From the NCBI GenBank assembly GCA_008632985.1, contig QPGO01000106.1:1-64000 (forward strand): 64,000 nucleotides of DNA, given 5' to 3'. A program made the translations under genes and the position numbers. The notes under the pieces were generated by a model. The model had not been told where the DNA came from and did no database searches. It worked only from the letters and a program-made list of their open reading frames with translations. Positions 51,278-63,510 of the stretch are shown here, in pieces (the first letter of the stretch is position 1; each line of letters begins with the position of its first letter). The stretch is from Psammoneis japonica. Taxonomy: Eukaryota.

Positions 51278-52200
51278 ATGGGTGAAACCAAACTGAGCCT
51301 GCCTCAAGATGAGCCTCCACCTCCTCCCCAGGATGCAAAGGACCCTTCTCCTCCAGAAGAGAACAATGATGACAAACCCCCATCCCTGTTGCATCAGGAT
51401 GAATCTGATGATGAGTCCCCTGCACCCAAGAAACTGTGGATCAGAGGTTGTTGGATCCAATGAGTGTGTGGCTTTGACAGGAGGCAAGCCCAAGGCCATC
51501 TTTGCCCAACCAGTGCTGCTCCCATCATGTTGGTGTGGCTCAGAAGAGCAAGGCAGGTCACACCATGGGTCTCTCCACCTGCTTCGCCAGGCAAGGAGAC
51601 CTCCCAGCCTTTGAGCGAAATGTCATGAAGCACATGGAGGACTGTGGTGTGGATCCATTGCTTGCCTTCCCAACCCCAAGCATCCCATGAGACTGTGCAA
51701 CAGCTGTGCTGTCACAGGTCACTTGCAAGGCAAGCACCATGACCTTGATCACCCCCAAGCTTTGCAAATGTGACCCTGCAATCAGGCCAATGACAGAGAT
51801 GCAGCTGCTTTCTGAAGAAGTTGTTGGACATGGATCTCATCAGCAAGCTGGATTTTGAGGTTGAAAACACCAACTCATTCCCTTGAGACTGGATGGCATT
51901 CATCATTGCCCTCCACAGTCCATCCATTGAACATTTCAACAAGCACAAGAAGGAGATCGAGCAACTCAGTGCACCCAAGCACCCCGGCCAGGACTTGTTT
52001 GAGCTCTCAAAGGCCTGCAAGACCAACACAAAGGAGCCAGACTGGCCCCAAATGCCAACAACTGGTGATTGACCAGCTGCAGCAGACAAGCCGGAGGACA
52101 TCCTTGCACATGGTCAAACCATTGTCCATGCATTCCATGATGTCTCAGGAACAGACAAAGTTTGATCTGTTGCCAGAACATTGTTTTGGTCAATGCGTGT
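51278..52200 (+). mobile_element. Ty1/copia (CoDi-like) gag remnant
   Basis: FERNVMKHMEDCGVDPLLAFP; WMAFIIAL.SPSIEHF..K..I..L..PKHPGQD (YPGQ->HPGQ); from recall of diatom copia gag. Confidence 0.5.
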
Positions 52201-52895
52201 TGCATTTCAGTGCAGTGGGCATGCATCTGGGATTTTTCAAAAAATGATGGCAATGCACAAACACCCACCCTCACTCCCACAGATCCATCCTTGAGCTGAG
52301 CCACAAATTTGGCATTTCCCCACACTTTTTCTTGCTGTTTTGTGCTTCATCATGATTTCAGCCTCCTGACAGAAGTGGGGGCATGTTTGTGCTCTGCAGC
52401 ATTTGGGTCACTTTTGCATGTGTGACCTCATGTCAGGCAAGAAGCTTGAGCCTCCATCCTTTGCTTTCATTGTCAGTGCCATGCTGGCATTGATGAAAGG
52501 ATGCAGCAACTGTGAGCTTTCTCTGGCCCTTTTGAAGCAATCACGTGAGTGAAAGAGAAGCCAAAGAAAGATGGAAATGGCGCCATTTTGATTTGATGCG
52601 TTGTCATTTGTCATCTGGTGTCAACACATTGCAAGTGCCATGCACTCTGTTTTCCATGCAGTGTGGTGGAAATGTGCGTGGGGGGCTGGCACAGTTTCTG
52701 TCCGCACCAGGTGATCTCCAGACTGCCCACTTGAGCACTTGAGGACACCTGTGCCAAAGCATCAACAGAGTTGCAACTGGGCTGGCAGGTGGAGTTTGAG
52801 GTCACAAACCTGCAATTGGCAGAATTGCATTTCACCACACAACACACAGCACAGCACATGCAAACTGCAACATGCGTTGAGATGTGCGTGCCACA

Positions 52896-53803
52896 GACTT
52901 GCTCCAGACTCAGGTGCGCTCACGCATGAAAAAATGACCCTTTTCGCATGAAACGCGTGGCCCACACTTGCGGCGCCATTTTCGACAGCAAAAACATGAC
53001 AATTTTCAAATGTGTTGTTGTGGGCACACACAGAAAGGTCTTGTGCGTGCACCCATGCATTCGAAACTGTGGATGGACTCAGTTGTCAGTCGCTAAATTG
53101 TGCCGTGAGTTGAGAGCTCTGTTTTCCGAGGAGCAATTTGTGGATGTCTCAATGTGTGAAGAAACGTGTAAAATGTCATTCTTGTGTGTAAATTGACCCT
53201 TTAACATGACACAATCAATCTTTGGTTAAAATGCGCGATGCAACTGTCGTTCAACAGATCGAATGAAACATGCGTTGATTGACAAGTTTCTGATGATGTG
53301 AGAAGAAGGGCAGCTCAGCCCACGCAGTGGCATCGACTTCGGACCATTTTTCACTGTTTAAAAGGCACAAACGATTGACGCACTTCAATCAGTTGAACAC
53401 CTTGAGGAAATGCACATGGCGATGGCAAAGAAATGGTCCTCAGAGGCAAATTGTGAGTGAGTTGAGGCTCAATTGTTGTTGCTGACAGATTTGGCATTGT
53501 TGTGCCATGCTGCAGCCTGCAACAAGCATTTTCACTGTTGTTGTTGATGCGTCAGACTACATCAAATGCGGAGGTCCTCGTCATGACACTGAATTTTCCA
53601 TGAGGCTGAAAAAAGTGGGCCGTCATGGTCACTGAAAGCCATGGCCAGTTTGGCTGTTTGTTTGTTCGAGTTCATTCTGTTCATTTTGCTTGCAAGCAAT
53701 TAACGGTCAATGTGATGAAACATGTGCAATGTTGAATAAGCATTGAATGTCATTTTTTCTGCGAAAAGGGGCATGTGCGCACCACCTGAGTCTGGAACAA
53801 GTC
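52896..53803. repeat. Diverged inverted-repeat pair, probable old TIR element
   Basis: GACTTGCTCCAGACTCAGGTG (52896) vs CACCTGAGTCTGGAACAAGTC (53783-53803); CCCTTTTCGCA / TGCGAAAAGGG inside. Confidence 0.55.
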
Positions 53804-56800
53804 CACACATGTGTGTCCACACATCAACCAAAATTGTGCTCCAATCGTGCGTCAATCATGGGTTCGCACGAAGGGCAGATCGATCACACAGAAGTGGTCG
53901 GATGTCGAGAATCGCAAATGCAATCATGCGATGATGTTGACATCTTGTGTGTCAACATCAATCACATCTGGACAATCTGTTGTCATGATCATGTTCTCCG
54001 AAAGGCCTTTTGTCTGTGGGAGCAGTGCAAAAGGCTCAGGCCATTGAGAGCCCGTTCGGAGAAACCCAAAATGATTGCGCAGAAACAATTCTCATGATTT
54101 TCACTTTTCAAACTTCATTCTGCTTTTGTTTGCACTCATTCTTTGAGCACAGTGCAAAACAACTCCACTCTTTCATCAAGCACAAGAAGCTGCAAGAACA
54201 GCCACCAGGTCAGTTGAGTCAATGTCCCCATCAGTGTCCAAATCAAAGATGGCACAGCATGGATTCTTGCAAAGCACAATGGGACAGACTCCATTTGAAC
54301 ACTTTCCTGTCCAGCACTTTTGAAAGTCAGATGGGCGGAGACATGTCCATCACCATTCATGTCCTCAGGGGTGCTGTCACACTCAAAACTGTTGGAAATT
54401 TGAGTCAGTTCCCACCCTCCTTCTCCAGCTCCTTGTCAGTTGGATCTGTCATGAGAGTTGCAGCATTGGCCACACCAAAATTGAGAGCTTTGTCCATTGC
54501 AACCATGGTGCACGTTCTGCAGCTTCCACAGTTGCGCAAACCACCCTTTTCTGCTGGAACAGCTTCACTTTTGCTGCCGGGAAAGAAGACATGCCAGACC
54601 GTCTGTCAGTGGCAGTGATGTTTTTTTTTTTCTGTTCAAAAATCTTGACACCAAAAAGGACAGCAGCAAAGTCCAGAAACAAGGTGTCCCTTGAGCAATT
54701 TGCAACAGCACCCAATCTGTTTGAGCTTTCTAAGCTCCCGATTGAATGACACACATGTTGCATGACTGATCTTTGAACACAAACATAAAAAAAAACAATC
54801 AGGGACAGTTGAACAAAACAGTTTTTTTTTAACAACTGCCAAGTTTTCAATGCCAAACATTCACTTTCCACTCACCCCAACTGGCACCAGCAACAAACTG
54901 AATTGAGTCCTTGCGACTGAACTGAGCCCTCCTCGTCAGACCCATGTGTTGAGTTGATCACTGCTCAGAGCTTGAGAGAGGCTGCCGATGAAGCCTCCTC
55001 TGTCATGTTTGGTGTGTGACAAGCTGATGGCGCAGGTGAATTGTCAGAGGTCCACAAAATTGAGTTTCCTGTTCAAACAGTTTTCCCTCGTGGTGTGCTC
55101 GTGCACACACACACAAGGAGCGCACTCACACTCAGGGGAAAAATTGTGGTCATTTTCTCAGGGTGGCCAGCAAAATGACTTGCTGCAATTTTCAGTCAGC
55201 TCTCCAAAATCTGACAGCCTTGAGGGTGTCAATGCAAACCAGCCCTGTTTCCAGACATTCTCAATGATGCACATGTCCAGTGTCCAGTGCCCCAGCTGCA
55301 AGCAAGCAAAGGAGGAGCCAGCCATCAATTGTGTGGAGCTGTTCAAGCAAAAAAATTTGCACACTCCTGTGGTGTGATTTTTTTCATTTTCAGGCATTTT
55401 TGGCTTTTGCGGTGGTGTGAAAGCCACCAACTGCACACTTGTGGCTCATTTGAGCCTCAAAACCACTTGCAATCATTGGTGATTTTTTTTCAAAAAGACA
55501 TGCATGGAATCTTCAACAAAAAAAACCTTGGCCTTTCTCACAACACAATGTTTTGAAACAAGGTCATTTGTGTCGGCAGGCAGATGAGTTTTCAAGCTGC
55601 TCTTGCTCACTTGGTTGGCCACTTCATTGTTTTTTCTCCAGCACTGCTGCACACAGTGGATTGTTGGCCAGACTCTGTGCTGCTTTTGGCAAGCACCAAA
55701 GCTTTGCACAGAACCACTGCTGTGCAACAAAAAGAGCAGCCACGCCTTTCTCATAAGAAGCAAGGCAGTGCACAAGGCAGCACAAGAGCAGCTTCTCCAA
55801 GAATGGGGAAAACATGCCGGTCCAAGTTGTGGGCAAGGTTTGCACCAAACAGCTGCACCCAGAGACCAGCACTGTGTGACAAGTGCAATGCCAACTTGTT
55901 TGAGAGGAAAAAGCAGACCAGCTGATGCTTCTTGTCAACAACAAGATGTTGAGTGCATTGACAGCATCTGTTTGTGTGGCACATGTGCCAATTTGGAGCA
56001 CACCAGTGCAGCAAATTTTGCCACATTGGTGCGATGTTGTTGCTTCAACTTGGACACGCTGAAAATTCTGCACATCCAAATTTGCCAATGGCGGTGATGA
56101 TTGTGGTGATCATGTTGAATGCAACAGTGATGCTTGCACAGACTGTGTTTGTGTTGTTCTTTCAAATGCATGGCACAAAGGGAGAGCAACCAGATTTTGT
56201 GTCTTGGATGAGCGCTGGTGAGATGTGACAACAGTCAGTGCAAAACCACACTAGAGGCTGCCAGTGCAGCTTTGCCAAAAGACAGTTTTAAATGAGTGTT
56301 TTTGGATCAAAAGCAACAAACAAAACAATGTTTCCTTCAGCTTTCACATGGAGTTTTGAAAATGAAGAATCTCATGGAAGCTTTTGCATGCACACATCAA
56401 GTTTGCATCCTGCATTCGTTGCATGTTTTCTGCTTCTTTGAGTGCAATGGGCATTTCTGAAATTGTTCTCTGACACTGGCTCTAACTGACACATTGGCAG
56501 TTTAAAAGGGCACGTCCCCGTTGCCACAAGAGTGTTGTTTTTGCAGACTCTCTCGGCACCATACTTTCAACGTCCTCGTCCCGTTTTCTGCTGCTCCATG
56601 GTACGATTGCAGAGAAAGCAACTCTCAGCAAAAAAAATTGAGAACACAGCGGCAAAGCAACAGCAATGCCAAAAGTCTACTAAAAATCGTCTCATTCAAA
56701 AAGTATGTTTTACGATACGAAAATGTGTATCCAAACTACCTATATATTCTTTTCTGCAGCGTATTCACCGGCTGCTGCAGGCTCTCGTTGGGTTGCCTCC

Positions 56801-57009
56801 AGCGTGCATGTACATATTCTTCTTTTTTTTTTCAGTTCTTTCGTTTTATCGGCAACCAAATCATTGTAAAAAAAAGCCAAACTACAAAGGCATATATAAT
56901 AGACAGATCTCGAGAGAGAGAGAGAGAGAGCCCCTCAATACCCAAAAAGAGAAATAATCTCAATCGAATCGAGGCGGGGGGAGGGAGGGTATAACTTCTG
57001 TACGAGTCA

Positions 57010-58279
57010 TTACGCCTCTGGCTGTTGCTGCTGTTGTGGTGCCCCTTCTTGTTGTTGCAATGCACTAGTAGTCTCTTGCTGTGCAGCAACAGCAGCAGCA
57101 TCTTCAAGGCACGGTACAACTCCTTGTGGTGTCAGGGCACAACAGAAAAACTTGGGACGGCCTTGAGGACTTCGTACCAATGTAATGTTCATTTGAAGCT
57201 GTGTCGTATGGATTGAAAGAAAAAGAGAGAGAGAGAGAGTATTAGCAAGAGAATCCAAAGCACAGAGAGAATCACAACACATTACATAAACAGAGAGTAT
57301 AATAGATAACGTACATGTTTGTAATGAGTCTTTCGCGTTTGTCGTACACTGCCACTCCAATAATCCTTGCAATGCAAACCATTCTGCTCTTCTTCGGGTG
57401 AAGCATCTGCACGAAAGGGCCGTTTGAGCATATCACTCATGGCCACAAACAATTGTTCCATATCTTGTCTTGAAAATAGATTAAAGAGACTCAAATTGTG
57501 TTGCTGTGGTGGCCAACTCTGTTGTTGTTGTTCTTGTTGAGAGGAGGATGGCAAAAGTTCTTGTCTGGAATAACCCGAAGTGCGTTCAAACTCGGCATTG
57601 GCATCCATGAATCGACCATCAATGCTGGCGACCGCCAGCGCAATACCACAATTCATAAAGACACGCTTGTAATTCAATCCACGAACAAACGATTTGAAAT
57701 CATAATGTTGAGCAGCGTCGGTAATGCTTGTTGTGGCTGCTGCAACAGCGACAGGAATGGAATCATCACTGCTGCCGCTCGTCACTTGCTGCGGTATTGC
57801 TGCTGCTGTTGCTACTTCACCACTTCCGCCGTGTTCTTGCTGTTGCACAATCTGTCCCGTTTGAGAAATGGTGTTCAACAGAGTTTCGTGTTGTGCATCG
57901 AGTGCTTGGGATCGTTGTTGCAATTGCTTGATATATTCCACAACGGAAACCAACGTCGAATACTTGTCGGGTTTGAATTGACCCGTGCACTCTCCAAAAC
58001 AGTGCGTAAATGGTCAATTTGTTGTGTGATTTTATGCGATCGTTGTTGTTCCCGCATGTTGCGATCGTGACGTTTCCGTCGTTTGCGTTCTTGATCATTT
58101 TCCGAAATCACAAAATCGGGTCTTTTGAGGGGTAGTATTGTATTGTTGTTGCTGTTAGCAGTAGTCTGCATGCCTGGAGCGAGTCGTCTCGTGAGCATGG
58201 ATGTACTACTACTCGTGTTGTTGTTGTTGTTGGGTAGAGACGACTGCGGTGGTGCTGTTGCTACCGTGGCATTGTATAC

Positions 58280-58314
<35 letters not shown>

Positions 58315-58441
58315 AAGTATTGTTTGCTCCATGCTCACTACTCTCACTCGGTATCGCCATGTTTTGTTGTTCAAAATCTAAAAAGGCATCGAGTGAGTTA
58401 TTGAATTGCTGATCATCCATCTCGGGCATATACGTCATCAT
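57010..58441 (-). CDS. bHLH-PAS transcription factor
   Basis: Basic helix RHDRNMREQQRSHKITQQIDHLR; helix 2 KYSTLVSVVEYIKQLQ after a 1-nt frame slip near 57978; PAS AVASIDGRFMDANAEFERTSGYSRQELL; intron 57199-57314. Confidence 0.82.
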
Positions 58442-59123
58442 GGACTGATCATTGAGCGAAGCCGTTTGTATCGCTCGCTGGTTGTTGTTGCGTACTTATT
58501 GTATTGTTATTCATGGCAGCCGCTGCGGCTTGACCTGCGGTTGCGGCGTTGCGTATTATTTTGTGGTTGTTGTTGATTCATCATGGTCACTTTCTCGTTT
58601 CTCGTTTTTTTTTGTGCGTCTTGTTTGCGAACTCCCAAGTCTACATTACTTAACGATTTCGTGACGTGGAACAGATGGCATCGTTTCGCAAGTTCATGCT
58701 TCTCCCTCCGTCTGCATGTACCAGACTCATGTAGAAATCTACATGAAAGAATCCAACAGCTGCTCTGACGTGGTAAGTGCAATTTTGCGAAAAAAATAGT
58801 CAATCGTGTTGGCGACGTGTCAAGCAAAGTTGCAGTTGGGAGCGCGTGCATGACAAATGCGAGTTTACACAGACAAACAAACACGCAACAACGCAAGAGG
58901 TGAGGCCTCCATGGGTTATCTGTCGGCTACCCAACCTTTGTTCTTGATCACAAAAAGCCACACATGGATGAAAACCAATCGAACTTTGGGTACCACATTA
59001 CAACATTGTAGAATGTGTGCTGCACTGGTGCTCTACTCTCGATGCTAGAGACGCGTTCTCAAATTCGTTTCATATTACTCACAATATTACTATACACTAT
59101 ATTAGGCTCTAAACACTACACAT

Positions 59124-60431
59124 TTACCGCCTAGTATTTTTCTTTCGCAAGGCGGCTGCTTTTTTGCGAGATTCGATTTTCGCATTGTGCTCTTCCATTT
59201 TTTCCTTTTCCGAAAGTGCCTTGCCTTGTGCCTTGGCAATGGCATGTTGAATGGAATCGGTAATGCTTTGCGCATTGTTACTTCCCGGAACGGGTTTGGG
59301 TGGATCCCAAATATCCAGTGCTCTCCTCACATTTTTGTTTCGAAACGCCACACTTTGCAAGAGGGAAAAGGTATTGTTGGTGACCCAATAACACAGCACG
59401 GCACTGGAAAATTGCAATGCCACGGGAATCATGACCAACGTCATGCCCCGAAAGACGTTGAGCATGACTTGTCCCTGTTGTGGATTGGTGGCCATCATTT
59501 GATCCTTGCCCAATTCAATCATGACCAAAAACGATAGGGCAGAACCAATGGGTAAAATGTAGAGTGGATCCGCCAGAGTCAAATCGGGAAACCACAACAT
59601 GCCTCCCGTGGACAGTTCGGTACCAAAGTAGGTTGGCATTTTGCGCAATCCCATAAACATGGACATGAATACCGGTGCCTGTACGAGGGGCAACATCATG
59701 GCCGAGAGGGGATTGCAATTGTATTTCTGGAACAATGCCTTCATTTGTAAGCCGTACTTGACTTGAGTTTCTTGATTGGGATTGGGACCGAGTGCTTCCA
59801 ATTTATCTTTTAGGGCTTGCATTTCCGGTTGCATGTGTGCCATGCGAGATGTGTTGCGTTGACCCTTGACAAAGACGGGAATCATGACGACGCGCAATGC
59901 CGTTGTGAGTGCGATAATGGATACACCATAGTCCAGACCCGTCGTGTCGTGGACCCAATTGACTGCCTGAATGGCTTGATCGGCTAAATTGTACCATGTC
60001 GGATCAAACGGGAGATCCGTAGTAGACGTAGTAGATGTAACCACCACGTCGGACGCCGTAGCGGTGGCTGTATCGATTGTTGTGCTTGTAGTAGTAGCAG
60101 CATCGTCTTGGTTATCAGAGAACAACTTTGTCATGGTGTCGTCAAAGGACGGAGTAGTCGGTGTGGTCGTATCCGTATCGGTTGGCTCTGTTTCAATTGT
60201 CGATACTGTAACTTCTTCCACCGTATCATTGTTGGTGTCTTGTGGATTTTTGTGTCGTGAAAACCCAAAGAGACCCCGTTTCGTGTTGACAAATACTGGG
60301 GGCGTCGTCGTTGTGTTTATGCTACCTTCACTTGCAAAAGGACCATCATCATTCCATGACGAAAAGGAGGATGGAATACGTCTTGATAAAAAAAGACGTG
60401 ATCCAGCTCGACTTGATGCAATACGAAGCAT
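59124..60431 (-). CDS. OXA1: Mitochondrial inner-membrane insertase Oxa1 (YidC family), ~435 aa
   Basis: Arg/Ser-rich presequence from ATG 60431; VHDTTGL, LVQAPVFMSMFMGLR, GGMLWFPDLTLADPLYILP, YWVTNN. Confidence 0.92.
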   Translation of the reverse strand: MLRIASSRAGSRLFLSRRIPSSFSSWNDDGPFASEGSINTTTTPPVFVNTKRGLFGFSRHKNPQDTNNDTVEEVTVSTIETEPTDTDTTTPTTPSFDDTMTKLFSDNQDDAATTTSTTIDTATATASDVVVTSTTSTTDLPFDPTWYNLADQAIQAVNWVHDTTGLDYGVSIIALTTALRVVMIPVFVKGQRNTSRMAHMQPEMQALKDKLEALGPNPNQETQVKYGLQMKALFQKYNCNPLSAMMLPLVQAPVFMSMFMGLRKMPTYFGTELSTGGMLWFPDLTLADPLYILPIGSALSFLVMIELGKDQMMATNPQQGQVMLNVFRGMTLVMIPVALQFSSAVLCYWVTNNTFSLLQSVAFRNKNVRRALDIWDPPKPVPGSNNAQSITDSIQHAIAKAQGKALSEKEKMEEHNAKIESRKKAAALRKKNTRR

Positions 60432-62879
60432 GTTATATTCTTTAGCTAGTATGTACTCGATAATTCTCGTGTGTTGTTGTTGTTGTTGTTGCGAAGCGAG
60501 AAAGGGAAGAAAAATGAGGCTGACATTCATCGGAGGGTGGCGCACGCATGGGTTGGTTTTTCGCGCCCAAAAATCAGAAACGGAATCTGGAATCTCCATT
60601 CACAGACATTGGAGAGAGCACATCATGGTCCATCGTTCATTCTTGTCCGAAACTGTACGAGCAGTGAGGCGTTAGAGCACCTGAGAGCGCTTTCTCCTTG
60701 ATGAATGTGTAACTCACATTAACCACATCATTCCTGTGTTCCCTTTGCGCATTGCAACAGGGTTTGTTCTTTTGCCTGCTGCTCTTCTTTGTCAGAGAGC
60801 TGCGCTGCGCCCCGTGCAGTGTGTGGCAAGAATGAGAGCAGCGTGCAAGGTGGTGCCAGCTCTTGTTGTTGTGTGCCACAAGAAACATGTTGAAATCTTG
60901 CTTTTTTGCTTTTTTTAGGGAGATGAAATGAAAACGTTCACAGCCATGTTGCGTCCCCTGGTGCTTGCTCCCTGTTCTGACTGTGTGTGTTCTTCTTGAT
61001 TGGCCACAGCCCAAAACCACTCTGCACCACTTTGTGCTCCAAGGCAGTTCTTTCATTGTGACTTTTGACAACTCCTTTTGGAGCCACAAAAGAATGTTGT
61101 CTTGTGTGTTGCAGCCACAGCTGTTGTGCTTTTTTTGTTGGTCGTGTGCGCAACATGTTGCAGGCACTTGAGGTGCCTCCCGAGCTGGGTGTCTCAACAA
61201 GCAAGAAGCGGAGCTCACAAATGTCCACTGGTCAGTTTTTGCCAACTGCTTGCAGCCCTCAAATTTGCTTTGATGAGGTGGACAACAAACAAGAGCCTTG
61301 TCATCTCAGAGATGCCCTGACAAAAAATCAAGTTGGCAGCTGCTGCCATGCTTCTGGGGCTGGGCAGCATTTTACAAACAAATTGAGAGCACCAAGGTTG
61401 TGGGGAAAAATGAGTGAAAAAACACCAAAAATCCATTGCAGCTGCCCGCACGGAGTGGCGGGCCATGTTGTTGCAGGCCAGAGCACAAAAAGCATGTTCT
61501 TGCACCTCATTGGAGCAGCTGCATTTTTCATCTGTGGCAATGAGGTGCTGTGCCTGCACTGCTGGAGAGATGTTCTTGTGACTGGTCAACAACCAGCTGG
61601 AGCAGCAGCACCCACTCAAAATTTGTTGCACTTGAGCTGGTGCACAGCGCTGCACTTGGTGCACACATCTTGATGCTCGTTCTTCTTGGGCAACTTGTTC
61701 CCGCCGCAGCTTGCCAGCAGCAGCAGTTTGCAACAGCGGCACTTTGGCTGTGCAGCTCACACTTTTCACCTCCTTGCACAGTCGCCATCTTGCTTTGAGC
61801 TGCGCAGCTTTGCAAGGTGCACCAGGAAGAACAGCTGCTGCTGTTAAAGCAAGGGCTCTGCCCCAGGGACCTCTCCATGGCAAAGCATTTTGTTTTTTGG
61901 GAAACACGACAGGAGAGAAACTGTGCCACACATTGGAGAGGGCACAACATCAACCAAGAGGCCACGTGGTTGGGAAATCTGCACCTGGTGCAATTGGTGT
62001 TGGGCACAGGCAGAATCCCACAGGTTGTTGCAGTCAGCACTTCATTGTGAATTGCTGATGACTCCATTTGACAAAACATTCAAAATGGCCCTTTGTGTCT
62101 TGTCATTCCATTGCCTGGCCATGCGCGCACCTGCCACGCAAAGACTTTGAGGATTTTATGATGCCTTCTTTTTGCTGCAGCACAACAACGCTTCATGTTT
62201 GTGCCCTTTGCACAAGCCCTTGCAATGACTGAAGGCGCGGTTCCAATTGCAACATTGTCACACCACTGCAGCCGCATCTCTGCTGCAGCAGATGGAAAGC
62301 AGTCGCACAGCACAGCACAGCACAGCAGTTGGTTGTGAGTGCCTGCCGCAGCCCCGTTTGTTGTCCAACGGTCATCCAAAAATCGACATCCACCAACACC
62401 CATCACCTCACAATTTCGAATTTGAGTCAGATCGAACTATCCATTTGTTTTGGTTTGAACGAACAATGAAGCTCTCCTCTTTCAAGACTCTGTTTGACGG
62501 GCTCCAGTCCTGGGCGGGACTTTTTGTGACATTGGGCCCGCAGAATTCTACGTGCGAGCTCCGCATTGCGGGAATTTAACCAATGGATGTTTTTGTCTTC
62601 AACATCAAACAAACGACCAAGTTTGTGGTGCAATTGTGACCATTGCCACTTGGTGTTTTTGCAAACACGCCTGCCCTGCGCCATTCTTAAGACATTTGCG
62701 AATGGCGCAGAAGAAAAAAATGTCAAAAGTTGTTGGACGGATCGCTCAACAAGTGTGCCACAAAATGATGCAAAATTTCACAAAAGTCATGTGCCTTTCT
62801 GCGTGCGCAACATGCGGTGCGATCCAAAAAACTGTCGATGTTGCAGTTCAGCAGCACGAGGTCCCACCCAGAGCTGGAA

Positions 62880-63510
62880 CGCGTCATTCACCTTGCTCAG
62901 TGCGGTTGCTTTCGCACAGGCCAATGGTGAGCAGACTTCTTTTGATCCCTTGTGCGCGTTCCCAACCCATGGCTGCGGCAGCCACGGTGACTTGTGATGA
63001 CCCATCATGTGGCTCATGCACTTGTGTGGATTCTTTCTTGCATGCCATGGAGATCCTGATGAGTGCTCCAGTGGTCCAAGATGCCCCATTGCCCGCGGCA
63101 ACTCCTGCAGGCGCGGCAGCTCCTGCAGAGGCAGTGGAAGCTCCTCCGGAGGCCGTGGAATGTCAGACGGCAGGCACCAAAGTCATGAGCGCTGGTGGCG
63201 GCAGCCCAGAAGGGATTGAGGAAGGAGCAGGAAAAACAAAGGGTGCTCGGGACAAGCCAGCCAAAAAGGCGGAAAAGAAGGGCGGCAAAGAGGAGAGAAA
63301 AAAGAAGAAGGCCGTCAAGAAAACCATCAAGAAGGCAGTCAAGAAGGCTGTCGCAAAGGTTGCCAAAGTGGCACCCACCACAACAGATGCTGCTGCCAAG
63401 AGGACAGAATGAAAGGAGCATCGCAAAGAACGCAGGAAGTGCAAAAGGTTGGGCTGCACCAAAGCAAGCACCGACGAGGCTTGCATTGCATGCAATCTCA
63501 AATGCTTGAA
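62880..63510 (+). pseudogene. Hypermutated paralogue of the Lys-rich gene at 46487-47239
   Basis: CDDPS..CVDSFLHA..PAEAVEAP..KKAVKK..TDAAA then CGA->TGA stop, followed by CKRLGCTKASTDEACIACNLKC. Confidence 0.85.
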
